This document shows positions 21,701 to 29,381 of a DNA stretch of 64,000 bases, piece by piece (the stretch's first letter is position 1; every line of letters starts with the position of its first letter). The DNA is from Opitutales bacterium. GTDB taxonomy: Bacteria; Verrucomicrobiota; Verrucomicrobiia; Opitutales; JABSRG01. The position numbers and the translations under genes were made by a program. The stretch spans positions 49,800 to 113,799 of the forward strand of contig JBMYOQ010000007.1 in NCBI GenBank assembly GCA_049599475.1, given 5' to 3'. Under the pieces are notes generated by a model that worked only from the letters and a program-made list of their open reading frames with translations, did not search any database and was not told the origin of the DNA.

Positions 21701-22080
21701 AGGCTATTGTAATTACCCTTAGCTAAACCTAAGTTCCTTCCATCTGCTTCGCGGGCTCTCTCTCCCAATACGCGTTCGATTAAAAGAATGTCTGTGAAAT
21801 CGAGGGATGGATTGGAGAGAAGTGCCTTACGTTGAAGGTTTTTAATGGCATAATAATCCGCGTCGGAGAGCGTCGCGAGTTCTTCGAGGAAGCGTTCGCC
21901 AGGATAGGCGTCTTTATGAGTTTCTTCGATAGCGAGAATGGCTCGTGTCAATGTGGTCCTAATTTCAGACGCGGTTCGTGCGAAATAGTAGCCGTCAGCT
22001 GCTCGCGTTGAGCCTGCGGCGATCAGGAATATGGCCCACAGCGCACATATGCTTTTGGGGCTTCGATACATAGCTAGCAT
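18736..22080 (-). CDS. secreted hydrazine-synthase-alpha-like dihaem protein fused to C-terminal FGE/SUMF1-fold domain
   Basis: Signal peptide; TolB-like propeller (DGVYLPDGGIIFAST, PTMLQDGRVMYTRWEY, MNPDGSGQ); middle domain VNEDGS...FFQPLDKHGQALQGMRSW..GGERMSCVGCHE; second CVSCH; FGE domain FTMGS, LPSEAQWEWAARAG, NPWGLYDMHGNVAEW, RGGSY, GFRIV. Confidence 0.82.
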   Translation of the reverse strand: MLAMYRSPKSICALWAIFLIAAGSTRAADGYYFARTASEIRTTLTRAILAIEETHKDAYPGERFLEELATLSDADYYAIKNLQRKALLSNPSLDFTDILLIERVLGERAREADGRNLGLAKGNYNSLAQSQRNGWDTSIIRLKNVFSDTVERETVYHSEHGGNINYVDLHYDAERIMFSMSRPKDRAYRLFEMDLRGGSPVELGPDDGSDVDHFDGVYLPDGGIIFASTATFLGMPCINGIPRMASLYRMEKDRQTVRQLGFDQDTSWYPTMLQDGRVMYTRWEYSDMQHSNNRVLMVMNPDGSGQKSIAFSNSYFPASFFYARPIPGHPSQIVGTISGHHGPMRVGRMIVIDPAVHTQNEKAVVRELPGYNKKVKRVVKDPLMHDVMPQILHPFPLAQEGTHAGAGEFFLVSMQRDFDLLRGIYLVDIYDNAVLLWEEEGKGFLEPIPLRKQTKPPVIPSLIKPDSDEATIYVQDIYHGPGLKDIPRGTVKQLRIGTYQFSPHGGAGGHPGTIGVDSGWDVKTVIGVTPVNEDGSLTAKIPSKTPLFFQPLDKHGQALQGMRSWATAMGGERMSCVGCHEPASDMPRPTATLASIQEPKPLTTWLDIARPISFAHEIQPILDANCVSCHDGQASNGRFTTRRPEFADGIPDLRATPINDYENRSGGAANPIYGGKFTESYMTLHSLVRHPGTESPMDVPNPGEYGAIVSELTQILEKGHHGVVLTEKELLHLKTWMDYNAPFHGYRRDLVQDIKHRTINREKLERTFARGNELSQKYAGRDNFVHLDPPEAKAVLVKHIQNPVTAPNTPSAEQSDFSVEVTDTQSTSIQIDLGDGELIDMLPIPSGTFTMGSNLETQAEAPRHSVKIEKAFWMSSKEITNQQLRHFVLDHNSRMEDRLNLQFGQEGISVNGDELPAVRVSWKTAMAFCEWLSEKTGYCVSLPSEAQWEWAARAGRESSFWYGELNTDFSTFANLSDASMKRFGENTASGSPRYTKIVTMTNPNRHEMWIPYIEGVNDGQQIQTSPGTYLPNPWGLYDMHGNVAEWTRSVNRPYPFVDSNSSSADDPQLRRVVRGGSYRDRPYRATASYRLAYHAWQKVHDVGFRIVIEEKDNK

Positions 22081-22096
22081 AGGGGAAATTTTTGAG

Positions 22097-23248
22097 TTAA
22101 GCGGCAGATTCTAAGATTTTCATTACATCTTGGTGACTGTAGTCGCTGATGCCCCAACGTTTACCTAAATCGATTGCGTCGGTGGCAATCGATGGAATTT
22201 CGTTAATCGGAATTTTACCTTCTGTGAGCGTAGTTGGACTGTCGATACTCCGGAACCATGCTTCCAGAGCGTCGATGCCCGCTGCGGCCGAATCCAGACC
22301 AAACACTTCACGGGCGAATTGTGTCAGTTTTGAGGCATAGCGGTCTTGGACGTATCGCATCCACGCGGGCATTACGATAGATAGCCCCGCTCCGTGAGCG
22401 ATATCGTAGCGACCGCTTAGAGGGTGCTCTATCATGTGATTTGGGAAACCCATATTGCCGACCCCGGATACGCCCAAACCATTCCATGCAAGCGTGGCAG
22501 CCCACATCATTGTGGATCGTGCTTCGATGTCTTGCGGATCCTTCATTATGCGGTCGGTGGTTTCGATAATCGTTTTCACGAGCCCTTCCACGTATCGGTC
22601 TTGAATCGGTGTCCACCGGGCATCTCCAGTGAAGTAGCCTTCAATGAGGTGCGATATCGCATCGACTCCAGCATAAGCGGTGTAGTCTAAGGGAATGGTG
22701 AGCGTGAGCTCAGGGTCCATCAATGCTGCTTTAGGGAACAGATGCTCGGAAAAGAACCCAAATTTCTCTTTTGTATCATCATTGGTGATGACTGAGCACG
22801 AATTCATCTCGGAAGCCGTCGCTGGAAGGGTGGGCACTGTGATAATGGGCAATCCGGTTTGTGGTGTAGCTTCGCCGCTGTAGAAATCCCAAGGATCTCC
22901 CGCATGGTGAACGCCTACGGCTATTCCTTTGGCTTCATCCATTACGCTGCCACCTCCTACAGCGATGATGACATCGACTTGAGAGGAGCGTGCACGATCA
23001 ATGCCTTCGCGTAAATGAGAGAGCGACGGGTTCGATTTTACACCGGAGAATTCTGTTACCTGCCCGAAGCCTACTGAACGCAGCGACTTTAATATTTTTT
23101 CGTAGGTACCATTCTTTTTGATACTCTGTTTTCCGTAAACAAGCAACGCGTGGTTACCGTAGCTCGCTGCGATGGGGCCAACTGAATCGGATGCGGCACC
23201 TTGTGCAAAAACAACTTTGGTGGGATTATAGAACTCGAATGCTTTCAT
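22097..23248 (-). CDS. iron-containing alcohol dehydrogenase (BdhA/YqhD-like)
   Basis: FEFYNPTKVVF, AVGGGSVMD, TLPATASEMN, DAISHLIE, HMIEH..S..YDIAHGAGL. Confidence 0.93.
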   Translation of the reverse strand: MKAFEFYNPTKVVFAQGAASDSVGPIAASYGNHALLVYGKQSIKKNGTYEKILKSLRSVGFGQVTEFSGVKSNPSLSHLREGIDRARSSQVDVIIAVGGGSVMDEAKGIAVGVHHAGDPWDFYSGEATPQTGLPIITVPTLPATASEMNSCSVITNDDTKEKFGFFSEHLFPKAALMDPELTLTIPLDYTAYAGVDAISHLIEGYFTGDARWTPIQDRYVEGLVKTIIETTDRIMKDPQDIEARSTMMWAATLAWNGLGVSGVGNMGFPNHMIEHPLSGRYDIAHGAGLSIVMPAWMRYVQDRYASKLTQFAREVFGLDSAAAGIDALEAWFRSIDSPTTLTEGKIPINEIPSIATDAIDLGKRWGISDYSHQDVMKILESAA

Positions 23249-23495
23249 GAGATCATGGGCTTATCGGGGGGATTGGATATATGCTGTGGATTGTGCGGTG
23301 TGTCCTTGTTTCACCACTTACACAGGAAAATAACCCTATGATCTTACTCTTGAGACATTGTGTTTTACATCCGCGAGCGTTGTTAATTGGCTTAATTTAT
23401 TTGATTAGTATGGCTAATCGTGAAGCCCTACTTGATAAGGCTTATGAATGCGGTGCTCGTCGAACTGAGTCTGAGAATTTCGGATGTTTATGAAG

Positions 23496-23565
23496 GGAGG
23501 GGCGATGTCCTCAGCGCCTTGGTTCGTGGCAAAGGTTCAACGGACCATGAGGACATGGTCCCTCC
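23496..23565. repeat. inverted doublet of GGAG-type REPs (REPIN/BIME-like)
   Basis: GGAG-GGGCGATG-TCC-TCAGCGCC (23496-23518, +) and GGAG-GGACCATG-TCCT-CATGGTCC-G (23541-23565, -). Confidence 0.78.
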
Positions 23566-23586
23566 CGATGAGATCTTGTTAATGTA

Positions 23587-24057
23587 TCACCAACGAAGCT
23601 TCGTAATTTCCCCATGGTAGGGCCATTCATCAGGTTCATCCACTAACCCGGCTCGAACTGGGTTCTGTTTAGCGTACTCCCATTGAGTCGAATAGTGTTC
23701 TCCGTTGCGCATCTGCGTATCCCAACAGCCTTTCAGCCAAAGGTCTCTCTGGCTTTGGAATTCAGATGCCTTCGAAACAAGGGTTTTCCAATATTTGATC
23801 CAAAGGTTGAGCGGTACTCTATCTACCCTCGAAGGTGAACAGAAAAGGTGGATGTGATCGGGCATTAAAACATACTTTCCTACAGCCCAGTGGTCCGCTA
23901 TTGCCCACGCTTCGACGAGGCATTTATGAGCTTCTCTGTTATTGAATGCGGGTCGACGATTTTTCGAGCATACCGTGACGAACAGAATATTCGGTCGACC
24001 TGCGATATCTAGAATCGAATTTTTAGAGGGGCTTTTTCGTTGAACGCTCTGACTCAT
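23587..24057 (-). mobile_element. REP-associated tyrosine transposase (RAYT, Y1 HUH family)
   Basis: FVTVCS, YVLMPDHIHL (HUH), W..GCWDTQMR, Y..QNPVRAGLV...WPY; REPs on both sides. Confidence 0.88.
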
Positions 24058-24188
24058 GCAAATTGAGACGCCGGCGCTCTTCTGAATTTCAGTTCAATTT
24101 CAATCCCACCCAAAGGTCGCTGGGGACTTCGGACGGAGGCTTGCCGGAGATGGCGAAGCAATGGCGCTGCATTTAGGGTGATGTCATC

Positions 24189-24316
24189 GGTAGCGGCCGA
24201 TTTCCGAGCGGCCGAATGCGGCGTATCAGCTGGGCGAGATTGCTGTCTTCCACCGCTCGGAGATGGGTGGCTACCCCTATTTTTCTCTAAAGCGCTATTG
24301 GGGACAGCGACCCTCC
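24189..24316. repeat. REP cluster: inverted GTAG-type doublet plus degenerate GGAG-type REP
   Basis: GGTAG-CGGCCG-ATTTCCGAG-CGGCCG (24189-24214, +); GGTAG-CCACCC-ATCTCCGAG-CGGTGG (24250-24275, -); GGAG-GGTCGCTG-TCCC.. (24292-24316, -). Confidence 0.72.
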
Positions 24317-24395
24317 CTGGAATTCTCAAGGGCGCAATGTATCTTTCGGACAGCCTAAGAGACAGTCCCTTTCAAAAGGCACTCTTACCCCTGTT

Positions 24396-25457
24396 TTACT
24401 TTGTAGCGACGTAGGCTGGCTCGGTGAGGCGCTTGGGCTCAAATTCTCCTGCGGCCCAGCTGCTGATTTTGCCTTTGAGGTAGTCTACCCATTTGGGGTG
24501 GAGGTTGAGGCAAGGGATCATTTCGAAGGATTCACCGCCCGCTTCCATAAAGGATTCTGCACCTTCCTCGGCGATTTCTTCGAGGGTTTCCAGGCAGTCT
24601 GCGGTGAACGCTGGGCACATGATTTTGACCTTTTTGATCCCTTGCTCAGGTAGCGACTCGAGAGTCTTGTCTGTATAAGGTTGGAGCCAGGGTTCGCGAC
24701 CGAGTCTAGATTGGAAAGTAACCATGTATTTTTCCTTCGGCAGCCCAAGCTTTTCCACGAATTTCTCCACCGTCATAACGCATTGATGGCGGTAACAGGT
24801 GGCATGCGCGGGGTGGCACGTATTGCAGCAATCAGGAGTCTGCATGCAATGCTTGTGTGAAGGGTCACCCTTTACCAAGTGCCGTTGAGGGATACCGTGG
24901 AAAGAGAAAATAAGTTTGTCGTAATCCTCTTCGAGATAGCTCTTCGCGTTCTCGACCATGGCATCGATGTAGCCAGGATCATCATAGTAGGGTTGCAGCA
25001 GCGTTGTCTTGAGATCGGGTTTTATCTTACGGATCTCGTCCATCGCATAGACAACTGCGGTCTCATAGCTAGACATTGCATAGTGAGGATACATCGGCAT
25101 GATGTAGAGCTCGTCTACGCCCGCATCGAGGAGCTTCTTCACGGCGTCTGGAGTGGATGGGCTTCCATAGCGCATGGCCATCTCGATGGGGAAATCGAAG
25201 TCTTTTGCGACGAGTTCACGGAGCGCCATGCTCGTAATGATCAAGGGCGAGCCTTCCTTTTGCCAAATGCTTTCGTAGGCCTCTGCTGATTGCTTCGGAC
25301 GAAACGGCAGGATAAAGGCGTTGACGACCAGTTTCCGTATCAGCTCTGGAGAATCCAGAACCCGTTCGTCCATCAGAAATTCTTTGAGATAGCGTCGCAC
25401 GTCAGCCACGTCAGTGGAGTCCGGCGAGCCAAGGTTGAGCATAAGTACGCCACGCAT
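24396..25457 (-). CDS. hemH: ferrochelatase
   Basis: [61 protein letters not shown]. Confidence 0.97.
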   Translation of the reverse strand: MRGVLMLNLGSPDSTDVADVRRYLKEFLMDERVLDSPELIRKLVVNAFILPFRPKQSAEAYESIWQKEGSPLIITSMALRELVAKDFDFPIEMAMRYGSPSTPDAVKKLLDAGVDELYIMPMYPHYAMSSYETAVVYAMDEIRKIKPDLKTTLLQPYYDDPGYIDAMVENAKSYLEEDYDKLIFSFHGIPQRHLVKGDPSHKHCMQTPDCCNTCHPAHATCYRHQCVMTVEKFVEKLGLPKEKYMVTFQSRLGREPWLQPYTDKTLESLPEQGIKKVKIMCPAFTADCLETLEEIAEEGAESFMEAGGESFEMIPCLNLHPKWVDYLKGKISSWAAGEFEPKRLTEPAYVATK

Positions 25458-25661
25458 TGAGAGAATGGAGATTCAGAAACTTATGAAGTTCAAGATTTAA
25501 AGGTGGTTTCCGGGGAGCTGGGAAGCGCTGAGCTTAGAATTGGAGGAGTTTATTAAAGGTGAACGAAGAGCGGGCGATTTTTGGAGCGTTCTGCGATGTT
25601 AATCTGTGTTCGGTTCTAGGGAAAATTCAATTTTCTTACCGCGCATAAACTTGATCGTATC

Positions 25662-27704
25662 ATGAACATTAGACAGACCAGCCTCCTTCTATCTTCGATT
25701 CTCGCCCTATCCTTTGTCTCGATGATCAGCTATAAGCTGGTGGGACTCTATAACTCGAAACTGGAAAGCCGGGACACACAGTCGAGTATCCAGGCGACGA
25801 GTATTCTCAGCAAAGCAATCATTGAGCTGTCGTTGGAACGTTCCGTGATGCAGGTAGCTTTGAATTTGGATGAGCCGATAAACTCAACTTTCGAGAGTCT
25901 TCTCAGCCAACAACGGCGAATTTCGGATGAAGGGTTTGACGAAGTCGAAGGAATTGTCAGAAGGGATGATTCTTTCGACTCTGCTGACTCATTCCTAGAG
26001 AAATTGAATGATCTGCGCGATCGGATTGGAAGCATTCGTGAGGCAGCAGATCGAAATATTCATTCTAAACTTGAGAGCCGGGCCGCTGATGCTGTTCGCT
26101 CACTTCCAGTTGATATGAAGGATTCTATAGCGGAAATGGCTTCGCTTCCTCTCAAGTTAACTCCTCTCAACTCGAGTATCCCGGCGGAGATTAATGCTCT
26201 TAAAATTGTCCAACAGTCTGCTTGGGAAATTCGTGAGTATGGAGGCCGCGAGCGCACTTACCTCGCGATTGCAACAGCTAGTGGAAAGCCATTTAGCGAA
26301 ATCGTGCGTGAGGAAATGATCAAAGACCACAAGAGAGCACTTGAAGCAATGTCGCGCCTCGAAAAAATTGCTGAACGCGGAAAAGTCTCTGAAGAAGTCG
26401 CTAAGGCAATTCAAACCACGAAGTCTACATACTTTGAAGACTATAGAGTGACCCGCGAATCGATCATAAATGCATCGGAACGTGGTCAGCCTCTCCCGAT
26501 AGGTTTCCAGCAATTTTTTAATGAATCCTCCGATGCCTTGGCAACAGCTGTGAGTTTATCTTACCTGGCAGGGGATGTTATGACAACGGCGGTCGAAGAG
26601 GAGAGGGCTGCATCGACTACGCTCTTCTTTGTATTTCTTGCAGCGCTCTTCGGGGTAATAGGGATCTGTGGGTTTCAGATTTATTACAGTCAATTTCGAG
26701 TTTCGAATCGAATTCTCACCTTGTCGGACCTTATGATGGACCTATCTCGAGGTAATGTTGAAATCGATTTGGAAGGACTAAAATCATCTGATGAGCTTGG
26801 CCAGATTGCACGTTGTGTGGAAGTCTTTAAGGAAAACGCCATTGAGATGAAGCGACTTGAGAACGCGGCAGATGAGATGGCCAATGAATTTGAGGAAAAT
26901 GTCTATGGTATCGTGAGACGTGTTGAAGAAGCATCCAAGCGGACAAACGGGGTTGCACTTGAGCTTTCTGGAAAAATCACTGAGTCAGCTTCTCTGTCCT
27001 CGACTGCTGCGATGGCCTCTGACAGTGCTGCCAAAGACGTTCAGACTGTAGCAGCTGCCGCTGAGGAAATGTCATGTTCACTATCAGAGATACCTAATAC
27101 AGTGTCCCAGACCGCGAGTCGGGCTCGAGGGTGCTCTCAACTGGCTAGTTCGACGCAATCTAAACTGGCTTTATTGAAAAGCGCGATCGCTGAGATTGAC
27201 AATGTGACCCAGACTATAAGTGGGATTTCTTCGCAGACCAATTTGCTCGCATTAAACGCATCGATCGAAGCTGCTAGTTCCGGTGAAGCTGGTAAGGGAT
27301 TCGCAGTGGTTGCTAATGAGGTGAAAACTTTGGCAAATCAGTCACATCTGATGACTGATGAAATTTCTAAGAAGATCGAAAGTATCAAAGAGAGCGCCGA
27401 ACAAACCATCGCAGGGGTAAATGATATTATAGGGGAAATTACTTCTGTTGATCAGCAGACAAATGAGATGTCCTCAGTGATAAGCGAACAGGTTCAGACT
27501 ACATCAGAGATTAGTCGGAGTGTGACCTCTGCAGCTTCACTGACCGATGAAGTATCTCAAAACATAGGCGTAGTATGCCAAGCTTCAGGCAACAGTGAGA
27601 GTGCTACCGCAGAGTTGAAAAAAGCAGCGACCGAAATGATCCAAGAGTCCCAGAACCTGAAGACATCCGTCGACGCGTTCTTAAAGGGTATTCGAAGTAA
27701 ATAG
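25662..27704 (+). CDS. methyl-accepting chemotaxis protein (2 TM, large periplasmic sensor, HAMP, MA domain)
   Basis: [43 protein letters not shown]. Confidence 0.93.
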   Translation: MNIRQTSLLLSSILALSFVSMISYKLVGLYNSKLESRDTQSSIQATSILSKAIIELSLERSVMQVALNLDEPINSTFESLLSQQRRISDEGFDEVEGIVRRDDSFDSADSFLEKLNDLRDRIGSIREAADRNIHSKLESRAADAVRSLPVDMKDSIAEMASLPLKLTPLNSSIPAEINALKIVQQSAWEIREYGGRERTYLAIATASGKPFSEIVREEMIKDHKRALEAMSRLEKIAERGKVSEEVAKAIQTTKSTYFEDYRVTRESIINASERGQPLPIGFQQFFNESSDALATAVSLSYLAGDVMTTAVEEERAASTTLFFVFLAALFGVIGICGFQIYYSQFRVSNRILTLSDLMMDLSRGNVEIDLEGLKSSDELGQIARCVEVFKENAIEMKRLENAADEMANEFEENVYGIVRRVEEASKRTNGVALELSGKITESASLSSTAAMASDSAAKDVQTVAAAAEEMSCSLSEIPNTVSQTASRARGCSQLASSTQSKLALLKSAIAEIDNVTQTISGISSQTNLLALNASIEAASSGEAGKGFAVVANEVKTLANQSHLMTDEISKKIESIKESAEQTIAGVNDIIGEITSVDQQTNEMSSVISEQVQTTSEISRSVTSAASLTDEVSQNIGVVCQASGNSESATAELKKAATEMIQESQNLKTSVDAFLKGIRSK

Positions 27705-27729
27705 TAAATACCTTTGGGGACCGACTGTT

Positions 27730-28266
27730 CTAGCTCTGAGGCTTTGGTGATAAGCGACCTAAGCTGAGCCTGTAAGGCAGGAGAAGGAATGCCGCCATGA
27801 ATAACTTGGCCACAAGGTCGCCGCCTGCGAGGGTGAGCCAGTTGAGCCCGGTGCCTGCAAAAGCTAGCGAGAAGAAGATAAAGGTATCCAAAATTGAGGC
27901 CAGGATCGACCCGAGTAGTGGGGCCTGCCACCAGATTCGGCCCCTGAGTTTATTAAAGACCAAAATATCTAAGAGTTGGGAGCAAATGAATGCGGTGCTC
28001 GAGGCCAGAGCTATCCGCATCGGTGCAATGATAGCTGATATGATGAGTCCGATTACCAAGCCGGCGTAAGCGATCTTACGTGCGTCTTTAGGCCCCGCCC
28101 AGCGGTTGGTGAGGTCGGTGACATAAAACGCGAGCGGATAGGTGAATGCCGCGATAGTCAGCCATTCGTTTATGGGGAACTGAACGAGGAAGTTGGAAGA
28201 GGCGATGACTGCGGCCATGCCCACCAGTGGAATCCAAAGGGGCTTTGTTTCGTATTTGGCTGTCAT
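27730..28266 (-). CDS. queuosine-precursor transporter (YhhQ/VUT family)
   Basis: SNFLVQ, FTYPLAFYVTDLTNR..G, RIALAS..AFICSQLLDI.VF, LDTFIFF; ATG at 28266. Confidence 0.88.
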   Translation of the reverse strand: MTAKYETKPLWIPLVGMAAVIASSNFLVQFPINEWLTIAAFTYPLAFYVTDLTNRWAGPKDARKIAYAGLVIGLIISAIIAPMRIALASSTAFICSQLLDILVFNKLRGRIWWQAPLLGSILASILDTFIFFSLAFAGTGLNWLTLAGGDLVAKLFMAAFLLLPYRLSLGRLSPKPQS

Positions 28267-28277
28267 GGGACGGACTG

Positions 28278-29312
28278 TTAAACGACGAGAACTTGTTCGC
28301 GTGCGGCTTCGAGCCAAGACTTTTTGGTGTCTAGACCTGCACTTATGGGAAGCTGCGCGACTCCGATAACGCGCCGTAATACCTCGATGCCGCGCAGTGC
28401 CTGAACGATACTCAGATCGAGTTCAGTTTTCAGCCGGTAGGCATTTAAGAATGTTTGCTCCAGGGAATTTTGACAGCCAGCCATATCAAAGTGGGCCAAT
28501 GCTACCGCGACATCGAATGACGAGTGACCGTTAAAGGCGAATTCGGGGTCGATCACCAAGATTTCGTTTCCTCTGCGCAACCAGCTTCCGGGGAAATAAT
28601 CGCCGTGCAAAAGGGTTTCGCCGTCGGCCAAATAGTATTCCTGGCCCAGCTCGCGGGCTTTATTCGAAAGTTGACCATCTTCGGTGATATCTTGAGCGAC
28701 CTTTTGAAGGCCGGGGGTGATCGCATCCAGATCGATTCCGTTGTGCGGCCGGAAGGGAATATCGAAAATGTGCTCGTGGTTCAGCGCGCGCATATCTCGA
28801 TTGGTGATTCGAGGCACTTTTTCGTGATCGAATTCTGTGCTGTGTAGCGTCGCGAGCCACTCGGCTGCTGCGATAGCGTGCTCCTCTTTGAACACCTCTG
28901 GGTTGCTGTAGATGTCTGAGCAATCCTGAGTGTTCGGTTCGAAGCGGAACAAAAGGGTGCGATTTCCCAGATCCATATCGAGCAGCTGAGGCATTCTGCG
29001 CGAAAGTTCCTCGATTGGCTCGACCGCCTGATAAAAGGATGCTTCGCGAATGCTGCGATCCCACGGGGCGGTAATTGATGGATATTTGGCGACCCAAGGC
29101 ACGCTCTGCTTCATGACCAATGTGCCCACATTTGTCTTCAGGAGACGGGTGATGTTCATATTCCCGTCGCCGAGCGATTGCTTGGACTCCACTGCTATAT
29201 TCTCCAGTCCAGAGATTTTCCTGCGTCGCAGATAGTCGGTCAGCTGGTTGGCTTCCATTTCATCAATGAATAGGAAGCCTGGGAAATCTGAGTGAAGAAT
29301 TTGGCGGTTCAT
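28278..29312 (-). CDS. APH-fold phosphotransferase, 5-methylthioribose-kinase-like
   Basis: LGDGNMN, KQSVPWVAKYP, LLHGDYFPGS, VIDPEFAF.G, RRVIGVAQ. Confidence 0.8.
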   Translation of the reverse strand: MNRQILHSDFPGFLFIDEMEANQLTDYLRRRKISGLENIAVESKQSLGDGNMNITRLLKTNVGTLVMKQSVPWVAKYPSITAPWDRSIREASFYQAVEPIEELSRRMPQLLDMDLGNRTLLFRFEPNTQDCSDIYSNPEVFKEEHAIAAAEWLATLHSTEFDHEKVPRITNRDMRALNHEHIFDIPFRPHNGIDLDAITPGLQKVAQDITEDGQLSNKARELGQEYYLADGETLLHGDYFPGSWLRRGNEILVIDPEFAFNGHSSFDVAVALAHFDMAGCQNSLEQTFLNAYRLKTELDLSIVQALRGIEVLRRVIGVAQLPISAGLDTKKSWLEAAREQVLVV

Positions 29313-29381
29313 GCGGAAATTGAACCGGAACGCTCACTGATTTCTGGGAGAAAGCAAAGACTATATCTTCAAAAAGGTCGA

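Noticed and set aside
14877..23248. Evidence that the organism performs anammox
   Set aside because: Only architectural resemblance; extra FGE domain, no HAO/HDH-type multihaem genes in the window, and the context is a heterotroph-like genome with assimilatory nitrate reduction.
23281..23620. Short ORFs 23281..23493 and 23420..23620
   Set aside because: They lie over the operon's promoter region and REP doublet; no recognisable protein features.
24054..24414. ORFs 24054..24329 and 24178..24414
   Set aside because: Open frames running through GC-rich REP palindromes; low-complexity translations.
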